A stretch of 64,000 bases of DNA. Source: Octopus sinensis (Eukaryota). This document shows, piece after piece, positions 11,741 through 23,816 of this stretch. Positions within the stretch are counted from its first letter, which is position 1, and each line of letters opens with the position of its first letter. The translations under genes were made by a program, and so were the position numbers. The stretch spans positions 197,594,001 to 197,658,000 of the forward strand of contig NC_042997.1 in assembly GCF_006345805.1 (NCBI RefSeq), read 5' to 3'. The notes under the pieces were generated by a model that saw only the letters and a program-made list of their open reading frames with translations, made no database searches and was not told the origin of the DNA.

Positions 11741-12107
11741 CTGTATGTTAGTGTATTTGTGTTTGTCTCCCTATCACTGCTTAACAACTGATGCTGGTGT
11801 TGGTGTGTTTACAGCCCAGTAAATTAGCAGTTTGGCAAAAGAGACCAATAGAATAAGTATTACGTTTACAAAGAATAAGTCCTGGGGGGTCAATTTGTTC
11901 GACTAAAAGGTGGTGCTCCAGCTTTTAGTTGAACAAATTGACCCTGTTAAGGGTGCGTTGGATAATGTCTGAAAAAAAAAAAAAAGACAGGATCATCATG
12001 GCTGGGACATCCTTGACCACAGGTTTGCTCAATAAGACCTCATTTGGGGCCAAACAACAACATAATGGCATCAATAAAAATAGTAAACAAAACATGACAA
12101 AACATAC

Positions 12108-12168
12108 TTGTTGCCAACATCAGCGCCAGTCACTTTGTCTCCATCAACTATGGTGAAAGAACCAATTC
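12108..12168 (-). CDS. NAE1: NAE1 coding exon 3 (IGSFTIVDGDKVTGADVGNN)
   Basis: Matches IGSFTIIDGNQVSGEDAGNN; acceptor ttttacag, donor gtatgt; 61 nt, frame continuous. Confidence 0.96.
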
Positions 12169-13065
12169 CTGTAAAATGAAGCCAACGTAATAATTTAATA
12201 AAATAACAAATAACATATTCCCACCTCCCACACTTTCATTTAAACCCTTTTTTGACATTAAGCCCTTATTTTTTTTTGTTACCTCTGAGTTCCTTACATC
12301 AAACACTACAAATTGAAAATCTTGCCTAAACCTTTACCAGTCATCTATTTCTTTAGATTGTTGCACACCCCAGGTGTTGGTTTGTTTATGTCCTTGTAAG
12401 TTAGTGATATGGAAAAAGAGACCGATAGAATAAGTCCCACACTGGAAAAAAAAAAAAAATCCTGGGACCAATTTGTTTGTCTAAAACCCTTCAAAGTGGT
12501 GCCCCAGCATGGCCTGTGGTGCAAAACCAGGTCAGTAAGGCAGGGACGCTACTCCCAGAGACCCCTTTTGGAGCCTGCCTACCTCCACCATTTGGTGTTT
12601 GATAAAATAAGTACCAGCAGAATACTGGGGCTGATGTAATTAACTTAGCCCCCTTTCTTGAAATTGCTGACATTGTGCCAAGATTTTAATTCAAAAGGAT
12701 TAAAATTCTGAATGGAGATGGTTTGTACTAGGATTAAAAGAATAAGTCCTGGGGTCAATTTGCTCGACTAAAAGCGATGCTCCAGCATGGCCACAGTCAA
12801 ATGACTGAAACAAGTGAATGAGTAAAAGAGCCTGTTCCGTTGATTAGATCAACTAGAACTCTTGTCATTGAAACAGAAAAGTGCTAGTTAGGGGCTAATA
12901 GTGAAAATGGATTGCCCAGTGGTCAATCCAGATCATGTCATATGGGTGAACTCTTTCATATGGAAAGAGGAGAGGATGTTGAAGATGAAAACAGAAACAA
13001 GAATCCATATAAAACACACACACACATTATTACATTTAAAACCTGAGCATGATCTGGTAACTAAC

Positions 13066-13169
13066 CTGGTAAAACAAGGTTTTTCAGGATTTCTGTTCCA
13101 GTAGCAGTTGCATTAATAAGACAAACTTTAGCATTTTCCAAACATGCTTGGCCGTGGTCACCCCATAAC
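13066..13169 (-). CDS. NAE1: NAE1 coding exon 2 ([35 protein letters not shown])
   Basis: Near-identical to remembered human [35 protein letters not shown]; acceptor ttattcag, donor gttagt; 104 nt. Confidence 0.98.
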
Positions 13170-14544
13170 CTGAATAAAATAAAACAACAAAAAATGTAGA
13201 AAAAACAGAAATAAAATACATATACAAAAAATACATAACCCCCACCTGTCTCAGTAGCAACATTTCCCATGAAGAATATATTTATATCCAAAAGATACAC
13301 TCCACTACAAAGACAGAATGGTGCTATTTACAAAGACAGGGATTGGTAAAGTGGTTAATATTGATCCCTAGCAATTTATGTAGCTATCCAATGGGTCAAT
13401 AAATACCTAAAATGGCTTTGAGCGGCTGTGTGGTAAGTAGCTTGCTTACCAACCACATGGTTCCGGGTTCAGTCTCCCTGCGTGGCACCTTGGGCAAGTG
13501 TCTTCTACTATAGCCTCGGGCCGATTAAAGCCTTGTGAGTGGATTTGGTAGACAGAAACTGAAAGAAGCCTGTTTACCCATGCCAGCATGGAAAGAGGAC
13601 GTTAACCGATGCTGATGATGATATATTTGTGTGTGTGTTTGTCCTCTCCAACATCGCTTGACAACCGATGCTGGTGTGTTTACGTCCCCATAACTTAGCG
13701 GTTCGGCAAAAGAGACCGATAGAACAAGTACTAGGCTTACAAAGAATAAGTCCTGGGGTCAATTTGCTCGACTAAAGGCATGCTCCAGCATGTTATGGGA
13801 AGTAAATGAAAACAGCAAGAGGTGTGAACTTAGTAAATATGAATATGGTAAACTAATTACAACACAAATTATATTGTTGATAGCTTGACTTTTGGGCACA
13901 GATACAAACAGTTTAGTAAGCAAGCCCTTGTATAAAAACGATAAACGTTGCCCTTTTCAAGCCTAGCCAGGTTCATGGGCCCGGTTTCCGTGGCATATAT
14001 GTTCCCCCCAGCTGAACAGGATGCCAGTCCATCGCAGCGTTACTCAAGAAACAAGAAGAGAGAGTGAGAGAAAGTTGTGGTGAAAGAGTACAACAGGGGT
14101 CACCACTACCCCCTGCCGGAGCCTCGTGGAGCTTTTAGGTGTTTTCGCTCAGTAAACACACACAACGTCTGGTCTGGGAATCGAAACCATGATCTTCCAA
14201 CCAGGAGTCCGCTGCCCTAACCACTGGGCCATTGCGCCTCCACAAACCCATATATACACATGCAAAACACATAGACATGCACACACACACACAGATCATC
14301 ATCATTTAGTATTTGCTTTCCATGCTGGCATGGGTTGGACGGCTGTGCAGGTGTGGTTGTGTGGTAAGAAGGCTGACTAAAGCCTTGTGAGTGGATTTGG
14401 TAGATGGAAACTGAAAGAAGCCTGTTGTATATGTGTGTGTTAGTTGCAAATGAATGTCACTGTCACGCAATTGGTGTCCTTCGTTTTCAATCTTTCATGA
14501 AAGCATGTCTGGTCTTGGGGAATAATACCTTACTTGGAAACAGG

Positions 14545-14784
14545 GGTACTACATGAGAACAGTGGTCCCGGTGCGCGCTCTCGCGTACTCGCACATCCGC
14601 ACTAGCTAGTCATGGCTAGTTGATCCTTACTTTGTGCTTTTGTGTTATTTACTTTGTGTAAAAAAATTATTTATTTTGTGTTTTATTTACTTTGCTAGGT
14701 AGTCGTTGTAGGATCGACTACTTACGACTAGCTAGCACGGATGCGCGACTGCGCGTACCAGGCCCACTGTTCGCTAGTAGTACC
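14545..14784. mobile_element. MITE with about 80-bp imperfect TIRs and 9-bp TSD (MULE- or Merlin-like), inserted in a SINE remnant
   Basis: TSD ggaaacagg at 14536-14544 and 14785-14793; ends GGTACTAC...GTAGTACC. Confidence 0.8.
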
Positions 14785-15096
14785 GGAAACAGGTAAAGGC
14801 TGATGACTAGAGGGGCATCCAGCTGTAGAAAATCCGGCTCAGCAAGTTCCTCCGATCCATGCATGCATGGAGAACTGGATGTTAAATCATCACACACACA
14901 TACATATGTATGAGTGTGTTAATGTTAGGGTTATAATAAGCAACGAAGATTTACAAATCAAAGGGCTCAACACTTTAGCAGAATTAAATTACAAATACTA
15001 GGTTGACAAGGACTTCGAATTTTGCATGTATTGACTTACTCAGCAAGTCATTTACACACACACACAAGTTTAGTGTGACTGTCGGTACTCTATAAC

Positions 15097-15684
15097 TATT
15101 TCTTTACTACCCACAAGGGGCTAAACACAGAGGGGACAAACAAGGACAGACAAAGGGATTAAGTCGATTATATCGACCCCAGTGCGTAACTGGTACTTAA
15201 TTTATCGACCCCGAAGGGATGAAACGCAAAGTCGACCTCGGCGGAATTTGAACTCAGAACGTAACAGCACACGAAATACCTATTTCTTTACTACCCACAA
15301 GGGGCTAAACACAGAGAGGACAAACAAACGGATTAAGTCGATTATATCGACCCCAGTGCGTAACTGGTACTTAATTTATCGATCCCGAAAGGATGAAAGG
15401 CAAAGTAAACCTCGGCGGAATTTGAACTCAGAACGTAACGGCAGACGAAATACCTATTTCTTTACTACCCACAAGGGGCTAAACACAGAGGGGACAAAAA
15501 AGGACAGACAAACGGATTAAGTCGATTACATCGACCCCGGTGCATAACTGGTACTTAATTTATCGATCACGAAAGGATGAAAGGCAAAGTCGACCACGGC
15601 GGAATTTGAACTCAGAACGTAACGGCAGACGAAATACGGCTACGCATTTAGCCCGGCGTGTTAACGTTTCTGCCAGCTCGCCGC
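15097..15684 (-). mobile_element. Multimeric tRNA-derived SINE: one head plus three tandem bodies
   Basis: Body starts at 15097, 15281, 15455 (periods 184, 174); single head at about 15640-15684. Confidence 0.9.
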
Positions 15685-16172
15685 AATAGTCGAAATTAAA
15701 ACATTGTGCAGCTCCAGGCGAAACTCGGAGTAAGATGAGACCGATTCGACCAAAATGTATATAAAAAAAAGAAGTCTACCTAACAATCTATCTATTACAT
15801 CATATCACATTTAAGTGAATTCTGTGTTACTAGCATTAAACTAATCATTCCACCGGTAGAGTCGAAAACGAAAGGTAAATTCTTCGCAATACAATCCTTA
15901 AATAAAAATGTAAACCAAGATTTTTTGTATAGCTATATATATATATATACATATATACATTTTTCACTTGAAATCTATAATGTCAACAACTCATTAATTA
16001 CCAAGAATAAATATGTAAGCAATGAAGTTTGGCAAAAGATAAATATTTAATTGAAACTTCAATACTATAAAGAAACCGCTACCAAAGTATAATTTGATAC
16101 TCTGTGAGACAAATAAAGGCAGTTGGAAGTTCTTTTGTTTAATTTGGAGCTATTAAGATATTAATGTCTTAC

Positions 16173-16246
16173 CGTAGCTGACGATCATATCTATTCACAT
16201 TGACTTTATTCTCAGAGGTTGGACTGGCCGCCGTCGTTGTTGCCAT
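16173..16246 (-). CDS. NAE1: NAE1 coding exon 1 (MATTTAASPTSENKVNVNRYDRQL-R)
   Basis: ATG at 16246 in AAAATGGC context; YDRQLR motif of the APP-BP1/NAE1 N-terminus; donor GTAAGA; 74 nt, phase 2 joins exon 2. Confidence 0.93.
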
Positions 16247-16340
16247 TTTCAGAAAATTTCAAAATGCTTCTCTCTCATAACAAACGAAGACACATTTGTC
16301 ATACAGCTTCCGGTCCGGTTTTGGCTTCTCATTAAGGGGA
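16247..16340 (-). promoter_or_regulatory. Probable NAE1 5' UTR / core promoter
   Basis: Unique sequence directly upstream of the ATG, with ETS-type CCGGAAG (16307-16313, minus); TSS not determinable. Confidence 0.5.
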
Positions 16341-16440
16341 CATCACTTGTGTTTTATGACTCGGACACGAAAATTACTTTAGATTGCAAGAGTTACCTTT
16401 CTTGAAAGAAAAAATTTAATAATTTAAATAATAATAATAA

Positions 16441-16581
16441 TAATTAATTCTTTTTATTGGCCACAAGGGCTGACACACATGATTAGGAAACATAAAGGGA
16501 CAAAATAGGACGAAAGATTTCAAAGGGTTTTGTCCGTTTGTGAAAAAATCGTGTAAAAACAGTGTAACAACGATTTTTTTC

Positions 16582-16644
<63 letters not shown>

Positions 16645-16654
16645 AAAAATAATG

Positions 16655-16694
<40 letters not shown>

Positions 16695-16744
16695 TGATGA
16701 TAATAATAATAATAATAATAATATTAAAAATGATGATGATGATG

Positions 16745-16779
<35 letters not shown>

Positions 16780-17065
16780 TAATTCTTTTTTATTGGCCAC
16801 AAGGGCTGACACACATGATTAGGAAACATAAAGGGACAAAATAGGACGAAAGGTTACAAAGGGTTTTGTCCGCTTGTGAAAAAATCGTGTAAAAACAGTG
16901 TAACAATCAAATAATGTAACAACGAAAAACTCCCAATATGGGGAGGCGCTTCGAAAGATTCCTGGTGGAAAAAAAACCCCCATAAAAGCCAACGGGAGCC
17001 TGGTCAAAAGGAGGGTAGAGAGCCCCTTTCTCCTTTTATAAAACCTTTTTTCATCACAGGCGAAA
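16441..17065 (-). mobile_element. Two tandem copies of a retroposon-like 3' end (16441-16570, 16776-about 17065) around an (AAT/GAT)n tract
   Basis: 130-bp direct repeat, period 335; each copy abuts (ATT)n at its minus-strand 3' end. Confidence 0.6.
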
Positions 17066-17094
17066 CCTGAGAATTTGTCCATTTATACTGGCCT

Positions 17095-17550
17095 AATGAA
17101 ATTATTGTATACAGTGCTCAGGTGCACCACAATTTGTCAGAGTATATGCAGTAATGTACAAATGACTGGAAAGCGAACAATGCATGAGTCAGATACATGC
17201 TTGCGTGTGTGTATGGAGGGGAGAAAGATCAGGTGTAGTGTTGGCGAATCTCAGAAAGCATGGAAATTTTGAAGGATGCAGTGCTCCGACAACTAACAAC
17301 TAATGCTGGCAGTTTGTTCCATGCTTCAGCAACTCTCAGCATGAAAAAATGTTTCCTGAAGTCATGGGAGCTGTGCTGTTTTCTGACTTTGTAAATACGT
17401 CCACGGGTGTTAGATGGGTGGAGTTTGAAAAGGTGCTCAGAATTATTGTTTGTAAGATGGTTAATAATTTTATGGGTGTCTGCCAAGTCAGCTGCCAGAC
17501 GTCGGAGTTTCAATGTATCCATGCCCAGGGAACTTATTGTATTGACATGA
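17095..17550 (-). mobile_element. CR1/L2-type LINE 3' fragment
   Basis: TLKLRRLAADL...KHFFMLRVAEAWNKLP is the C-terminal signature of CR1/L2 ORF2. Confidence 0.85.
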
Positions 17551-18044
17551 AGGCGCATGGCTCAGTGATTAGAGCGTCGAGCTTACGATCGCGATGTTGT
17601 GAGTTCGAATCGGGCTGCGTGTTGTGTTCTTGGGTATACTGGGCTTCATATATTTGTGTCTCAGTGTCACTTAGATGGCATGTGCTGCTCTCTCACTCAC
17701 TCAACAACAACAACAACAATAATAATAAAAATAATTTTAAGATTATGATTTAACCTGACTTTTGCAGAGCTTCCGAAACTAAACGAGGGAATAAGTATCG
17801 AGGCCGCTTTTGTTGACAACAGGAAGTTGTTAGGGTTAGGGTTAGCATGTAAGGATAACATGCTATGAGAATGGTCTGAATGTTTTCCAACAGATAAGGT
17901 CTAATATCGAAGAATATATATATAGTACAAAGCACCCGACAGTATTAAAGACAATTTTCGTCAAAACAATTCCATTCGCAAAGCTTTTATTGATCCATGA
18001 CATTATGAAGGGACCTACAGAACATTATCTGAGGTTACAAAGTG

Positions 18045-18464
18045 GGATCTTTTCGGTTTGAACGGCAGTTTTTTCTAGCGGTGTCATATGAAATTGTCAC
18101 CCATAATTATGATCCTAGTATCGATCTATTGCATTTCAGTCTGTTTTAGGGTTAGGGTTAGGAGTAGAGGGAAGGGTATCTTTTTTCTTCAGAAATGTAA
18201 ATAAACCCAATCTGTTTCTTAAATGAGGGACATGTTCATACGGCACTGGATGTTTTTCACCTCAATAGACGTCATTGATTGGTTGAAATTGCAGAAATTG
18301 AAGAAAAAAAGAACAACAAATATCTTACAAACTGTAGAATTTTCTCAATAGAGCCAAGAGAAAAAGGTGTTTTATAAACACATTCTACCAGTATACGAAG
18401 TTTAAAAGTGTTTAGTTACGTGGAAATTATTAAAAAAAAACTGCCGGTCTAACCGAAAAGATCC
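18045..18464. mobile_element. Merlin-like MITE, copy 1
   Basis: About 29-bp TIR starting GGATCTTTTCGG; flanks acaaagtg / acaatgtg (8 bp, 1 mismatch). Confidence 0.8.
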
Positions 18465-19030
18465 ACAATGTGTCCTGGTCTCTTTTGATCTATTAGTAGA
18501 TATTGGAACTTCGTGGTCTAACAATAAATTTGATATTATTTATTATAAACGAGATGAAAAAGAGTCAAGACTATTGAAAAGGTTGCAAGATGCAACGAAA
18601 ATTTTAGGAAAATAAAAATTAGAAATAAGTGGAAATTTTACCGGTGCGTGTGTTAAATTATAAGGAACAAAAAAGAAAATGACTCTCCCCAGATACAACA
18701 AAATATGCTTCAACACACGAACTCATATAAAGAATCTTGCAAACCAAATCCCAAAACGAAAGAAAATATAACTTGTTGAGAAAGTGCGATAGTACAGGAT
18801 TCAAGGGAGATAATTAAAATGTTGACACTAGTTATTTCCCTTGCACTAAAAACTGTTCTATTAGTTCAGAGCAACGTTAACACATTGAATGCAGTCAGCG
18901 AAAAATTTGGCAACTATGGTAGCGAAAAGGCTATTTATAAGTAATATTTCTTGAATGTTTTTTTGATAAAAAGGACACATCTTCCTATAATATTTGCATT
19001 GAGTTTTCCTTTCTCAAAAGAGATAAACAT

Positions 19031-19193
19031 AGGTGTAGGAGTGGCTGTGTAGTAAGTAGCTTGCTTACGAACCACATAGTTGCGGGTTCAGTCCCACTGC
19101 ATGGCACCTTGGGCAAGTGTCTTCAACTATAGCCTCGGGCCGATCAAAGCCTTGTAAGTGGATTTGGTAGACGGAAACTGAAAGAAGCCCGTC

Positions 19194-19257
<64 letters not shown>

Positions 19258-19512
19258 ATGTTATATATATATATATGTGTGTATGTATATATATGTATGT
19301 GTGTGTGTCTGTGTGTGTGTGTTTGTTCCCCCAACATCGCTTGATAACCGATGCTGGTGTGTTTACGTCCCCGTAACTTAGCGGTTCGGCAAAAGACACC
19401 GATAGAATAAATACTAGGCTTATAAAGAATAAGTCCTGGGGTCGATTTGCTCGACTAAAAGGCGGTGTTCCAGCATGGCCACAGTCAAATGATTAAAACA
19501 ATTAAAAGAGTA
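19031..19512 (+). mobile_element. Full-length copy of the most abundant tRNA-derived SINE; others near 13420-13790, 21003-21365, 27000-27510(-), 36465-36868, 42785-43258, 53680-54053(-), 56724-57128
   Basis: Box A/B-like head, gcaccttgggcaagtgtctt core, internal (TA/TG)n, tail ending (AAAAGAGT)n. Confidence 0.9.
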
Positions 19513-20272
19513 TGAAATTGATTTGTATATCTTCTAATTAGTGAAAACCTTTCAGAATATTTGTGATTATAAATGTCGACAAATGCGTTTATAGGATAAC
19601 CCGAATGTACAGACAAAATCCGACAATTGTAGCGGTACCGTTGTTATATTTTTAGCTGATAAACTTAACTTGTTGTCTTAAAAAAATCACCACTTGGTTC
19701 CTGGGTGCTTTTGGCAGAGAACATACTATTGGGGAATTTCAACCGTGTTTCGTGGTCTGCTACCACAACAGTTCCTTTTTAGGATCCAGTTAGCTCAAGA
19801 CATTATCAGGAAGAACCACGTCTAGGTTTCGGCCCCTACTCCTCTACCGTTTTGACGTGGCGGGGCACCCCTCCTTTCGGAGGTGTCTTCAGCTCTGGTG
19901 TTGGGTGCATGTCTTCTTTCTTCTGTTCCTTGGCCTCTTCGATATAGCGTCAACGAGTGTCAGCGGGCAACTGACTGACTTGAGCCCAGTTTCCAGTACA
20001 GTACTGGCGGCGAAGTGGCAGAGTCGACAGAATGTCAAATAGAATTCCACTTTTTGCTGCGACTTTCTGCTCTCTGAGTTCAAATTTCACTGAGGTCAAA
20101 TTCGACTTTCATCCTTCTGTGGTTGATAAAAAAAAAAGTAGATTGGTGCAGTTGTTAGAACGTCGGACTGGATACCATGCTGTTTTCATTCAAGCCTTGT
20201 GGATTCTGAGTTTAAATATCATCACGGCCTACATAGGTGACAGATATAATAGATTACAGATATAATAGTTAA

Positions 20273-20689
20273 AGGGCGGCGAGCTGGCAGAAACGTTAGC
20301 ACGCCGGGCGAAATGCTTAGCAGTATTTCGTCTGCCGTTACGTTCTGAGTTCAAATTCCGTCGAGGTCGACTTTGCGTTTCATCCTTTCAGGGTCGATAA
20401 ATAAAGCACCAGTTACGCACTGGAGTCGATATACTCGACTTAATCCGTTTGTCTGTTCTTGTTTGACCTCTCTGTGAATAGCCCCTTGTGGTTAGTAAAG
20501 AAATAAGTATTTCGTCTGTGTTTACGTTCTGAGTTCAAATTCCGCCGAGGTCGACTTTGCCTTTCATCCTTTCGGGGTCGATTAAATAAGTACCAGTTAC
20601 GCACTGGGGTCAATATAATTGACTTAATCCGTTTGTCTGTCCTTGTTTGTCCTCTCTGTGTTTAGCCCCTTGTGGGTTGTAAAGAAATG
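20273..20689 (+). mobile_element. Dimeric SINE (head plus 2 bodies)
   Basis: Two bodies joined at aagaaata-agtatttcgtc; gatataatagattac at 20243-20257 and 20690-20704 is a likely TSD, with an extra partial copy at 20258-20270. Confidence 0.85.
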
Positions 20690-22057
20690 GATATAATAGA
20701 TTACCCAGTTAAGTAACAATCACAGGCACTTTGGAAGCCTTTAATGAAATTTTCAGTTTGAGAATACCTTCTTCTTCCGTCCCACAAATCTCGGAGTTTC
20801 TGTGCAGGGTGAGAGACATTGCCTTGTCTCCAGAATATACAGTAAATAATGCTCTGTCTTCTCACTAGTTTCAGAAGCTCCGAAGAAGGTCATGGGACAC
20901 TGTCTCCCGTCTTCTGATTAAGACAATAAAAATAAATAAAATAAACACTGTACATTTAACCAGCTGGCGTAAGCAACATTTGAAATATTTCAAACCCTAT
21001 CAGGTGAGGCTGTGTGGTAAGATGCTTGATTCCCAACCACATAGTTCCGAGGTCAGTCCCACTACGTGGGACTTTGGGCAAGCGTTTTACTATAGCCTCG
21101 GGCCGGACAAAGCCTTGCGAGTGGGCTTGGTTAACGGAAACTGAAAGAAGCCCGGCGTGTGTGTGTGTGTTTGTGTGTCTGTGTTTGTCCCCGCCCTGAA
21201 ACCATTGCTTGACAACCGATGTTGGTGTGTTTACGTCCCCGTAACCCAGCGGTAGAATAAGTACTAGGATTACAAAGAATAAGTACTAGGGTCGATTTAT
21301 TCGACTAAAGGCGGTGCTTCAGCATGGCCGCAGCCAAATGACTAAAACAAGTAGAAGAATAAAAGAATGCATGGATGGACCTAGTTGCGGTACATGAAGT
21401 AGATACAGGAGTAGAATTTGAACCTAAACAATATCAGTTGCGCACTGGGGGTCGATCTAATCGACTTAATCCGTTTGTCTGTCCTTGTTTGTCCCCTCTG
21501 TGTTTAGCCCCTTGTGGGTAGTAAAGAAATAGGTATTTCGTCTGTCCTTAAGTTCTGAGTTCAAATTCCACCGAGGTCGACTTTGTCTTTCATCCTTTCG
21601 GGATCGATAGATTAAGTACCAGTTGCGTACTGGGGTCGATCTAATCGACTGGCGCCCTCCCCGAAAATTTCGGACCTTGTGCCTAGAGTTGAAAAGAATT
21701 CTATTTATTACAAAGTGAAGGCTTCAAGAAATATATTCAAACGGTATTTCATGAAGGACTAGCACTTAAATATTTTCTCTTTTATTCGTTTTAGTCAATT
21801 GAATCCGGCCATGCTGGAGTACGGTCTAAAAGGGTTTAGTCAAACAAATCGCCCTCCGCCTCAGCACTAATTATTTTAAAGTCGGGTACTTAATCTATCG
21901 GTCTCTTTTGACGAACGGCTAGGTTAGGCTGATAAAAACAAACCAACACCGGTTGTCATGAGGTGATAGTGGGGACAAACACAAAGACACAGACTCTATT
22001 GCTCACACAAAGAAAAACACGCACGCACGCACATACACACACACACACACATACACA

Positions 22058-22102
<45 letters not shown>

Positions 22103-22824
22103 GTTTTCGTCAACTAAATTCACCCACAAAACATTGGTTGGTCAGGGGCTATAACAGAAAACCTGCCCAAAGTGCCGCCGTACTGTGGGATTGAACCTGA
22201 ATCTACGTGGTTGCAAAGCTTCTTCCCCACACAAGCAGCTTCTTCACCACACAGGCAAGCCTACCTACACGTATGTTTCTCTTCTGCATGTATGTATGTA
22301 TGTTTGTATATGTATGTATATATGTATGTATGCGTGTACATGTATGTATGTATGTATGTATGTATGTATGTATGTATGTATGTATGACATTGTTCATATA
22401 CTCTTTTTACTCTTTTACTTGTTTCAGTCATTTGACTGCAGCCATGCTGGAGCACCGCATTTAGTTGAGCAGAACAAACAAATGTGCAGAACAAACAAAT
22501 CTATAGGAACATCTGGCCGTTTGGCCATCTGCTTCTATACCATAGGACTACCTGATCACGGCTGATCTGGTTCTACATCGGGAACAGTAGCCGCATCAGT
22601 GGGGTTATCAAAAGATGGGCCGCAGCCTGCAACTGAATCAATGGGGTGTCCTCCGGTGGTCGCATACAATTTCTAAAAAAATTAATTTTATGCATTTGTT
22701 GGTCATTGAGCAGTTCACGATTCTGAGATAGTCTTTTGTGTCACAATTTGTTTACTATTTGCTTAATGGAAATGATGGGGTTATTTCTATGTTTAAGACA
22801 TGATACAAAAGGCGCCTGAATCAT

Positions 22825-23210
22825 GGAAAGCACTCCGTCGGTTACGACGATGAGGGTTCCGGTTGATCCAAATCAACGGAACAGCCTGCTCGTGAAGTTA
22901 ACGTGCAAGTGGCTGAGCACTCCACAGACACGTGTACCCTTAACGTAGTTCTCGGGGATATTCAGCGTGACACAGAGAGTGACAACGTCGGCCCTTTGAA
23001 ATACAGGTACAACAGAAACAGGAAGTAAGTGTGAGAGAAAGTTGTGGTGAAAGAGTACAGCAGGGATCACCACCATCCCCTGCCAGAGCCTCGTGGAGGT
23101 TTTAGGTGTTTTCGCTCAATAAACACTCACAACGCCCGGTCTGGGAATCGAAACCACGATCCTATGACCGCGAGTCCGCTGCCCTAACCACTGGGCCATT
23201 GCGCCTCCAC
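22825..23210 (-). mobile_element. Full-length tRNA-derived SINE (386 bp) with 13-bp TSD
   Basis: TSD gcgcctgaatcat at 22812-22824 and 23211-23223; box A TGGCCCAGTGG, box B GGTTTCGATTCCC; related copies near 13955-14243 and 41560-42237. Confidence 0.92.
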
Positions 23211-23290
23211 GCGCCTGAATCATAAATAATGTAAAGCAAGTGAAAAATGTGCCGTTACAAAAAAGGAAATTAATGTTCCTTAAACTAGAT

Positions 23291-23437
23291 CGGTGGTTCT
23301 CAACGTGTGGTGCGCAAAGGTAGTACTAGGGGTCCATCAGAATGTTAAGCTGACACACCTTTCAATATCCTGGGATCTGTGGGAAAACTAATTTAAATAA
23401 AAGGGGTCCTTGGTAGTGAAAAGGATGGGAACCACTG
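23291..23437. mobile_element. hAT-type MITE
   Basis: TIR cggtggttctc / gggaaccactg; perfect 8-bp TSD aactagat. Confidence 0.85.
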
Positions 23438-23578
23438 AACTAGATGAACGCCAACTGTATGAATATCATCGTGATGGACATTCCGATCTTTCCTCTGATG
23501 AAATAAAATTAAAAGAAAAAAGAAAAACGCCCTAATATAAAACAAAACTAAAGACAAAAGAAAAATGATATCATAAAC

Positions 23579-23710
23579 CAGTGGCTCCCAACTCTTTCAC
23601 TATCAAGGCCCCCTTTCCAACGGACCCCTTTTAATATGCTTATCTTATGTATGTATGTATGTATGTATGTATGTATGTATGTATGTATGTATATATTATG
23701 TCTGAGGATT

Positions 23711-23750
<40 letters not shown>

Positions 23751-23816
23751 GAAAATTTGAATTTAGTTCATGGGCCCCCAGTACTACCTTTGCGGACCAC
23801 AGGTTGGGAAACGATG
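23579..23816. mobile_element. Related hAT-type MITE in opposite orientation, with internal microsatellite
   Basis: cagtggctcccaa / ttgggaaacgatg; flanks tcataaac / gtataaac; shares gcaaaggtagtact with the previous MITE. Confidence 0.7.

Noticed and set aside
15097-15684. Regularly spaced repeats as a CRISPR-like array
   Set aside because: The whole unit repeats with no unique spacers; eukaryotic SINE multimers.
18146-18165. TTAGGG-like repeats as interstitial telomere
   Set aside because: Only 2-3 units and internal to a MITE present twice.
19800-20005. Minus-strand peptide GNWAQVSQLPADTR*RYIEEAKEQKK resembling an HMG-box helix, plus CTGAAGA...GAAA
   Set aside because: In-frame stop, no HMG N-terminal half or PDYKY motif; the 7 nt between CTGAAGA and GAAA cannot form stem II.
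23140-23210. tRNA-like sequences here and at about 2860-2925, 17551-17625, 40730-40780
   Set aside because: They continue directly into SINE bodies and lack a complete cloverleaf acceptor stem; called SINE heads, not tRNA genes.
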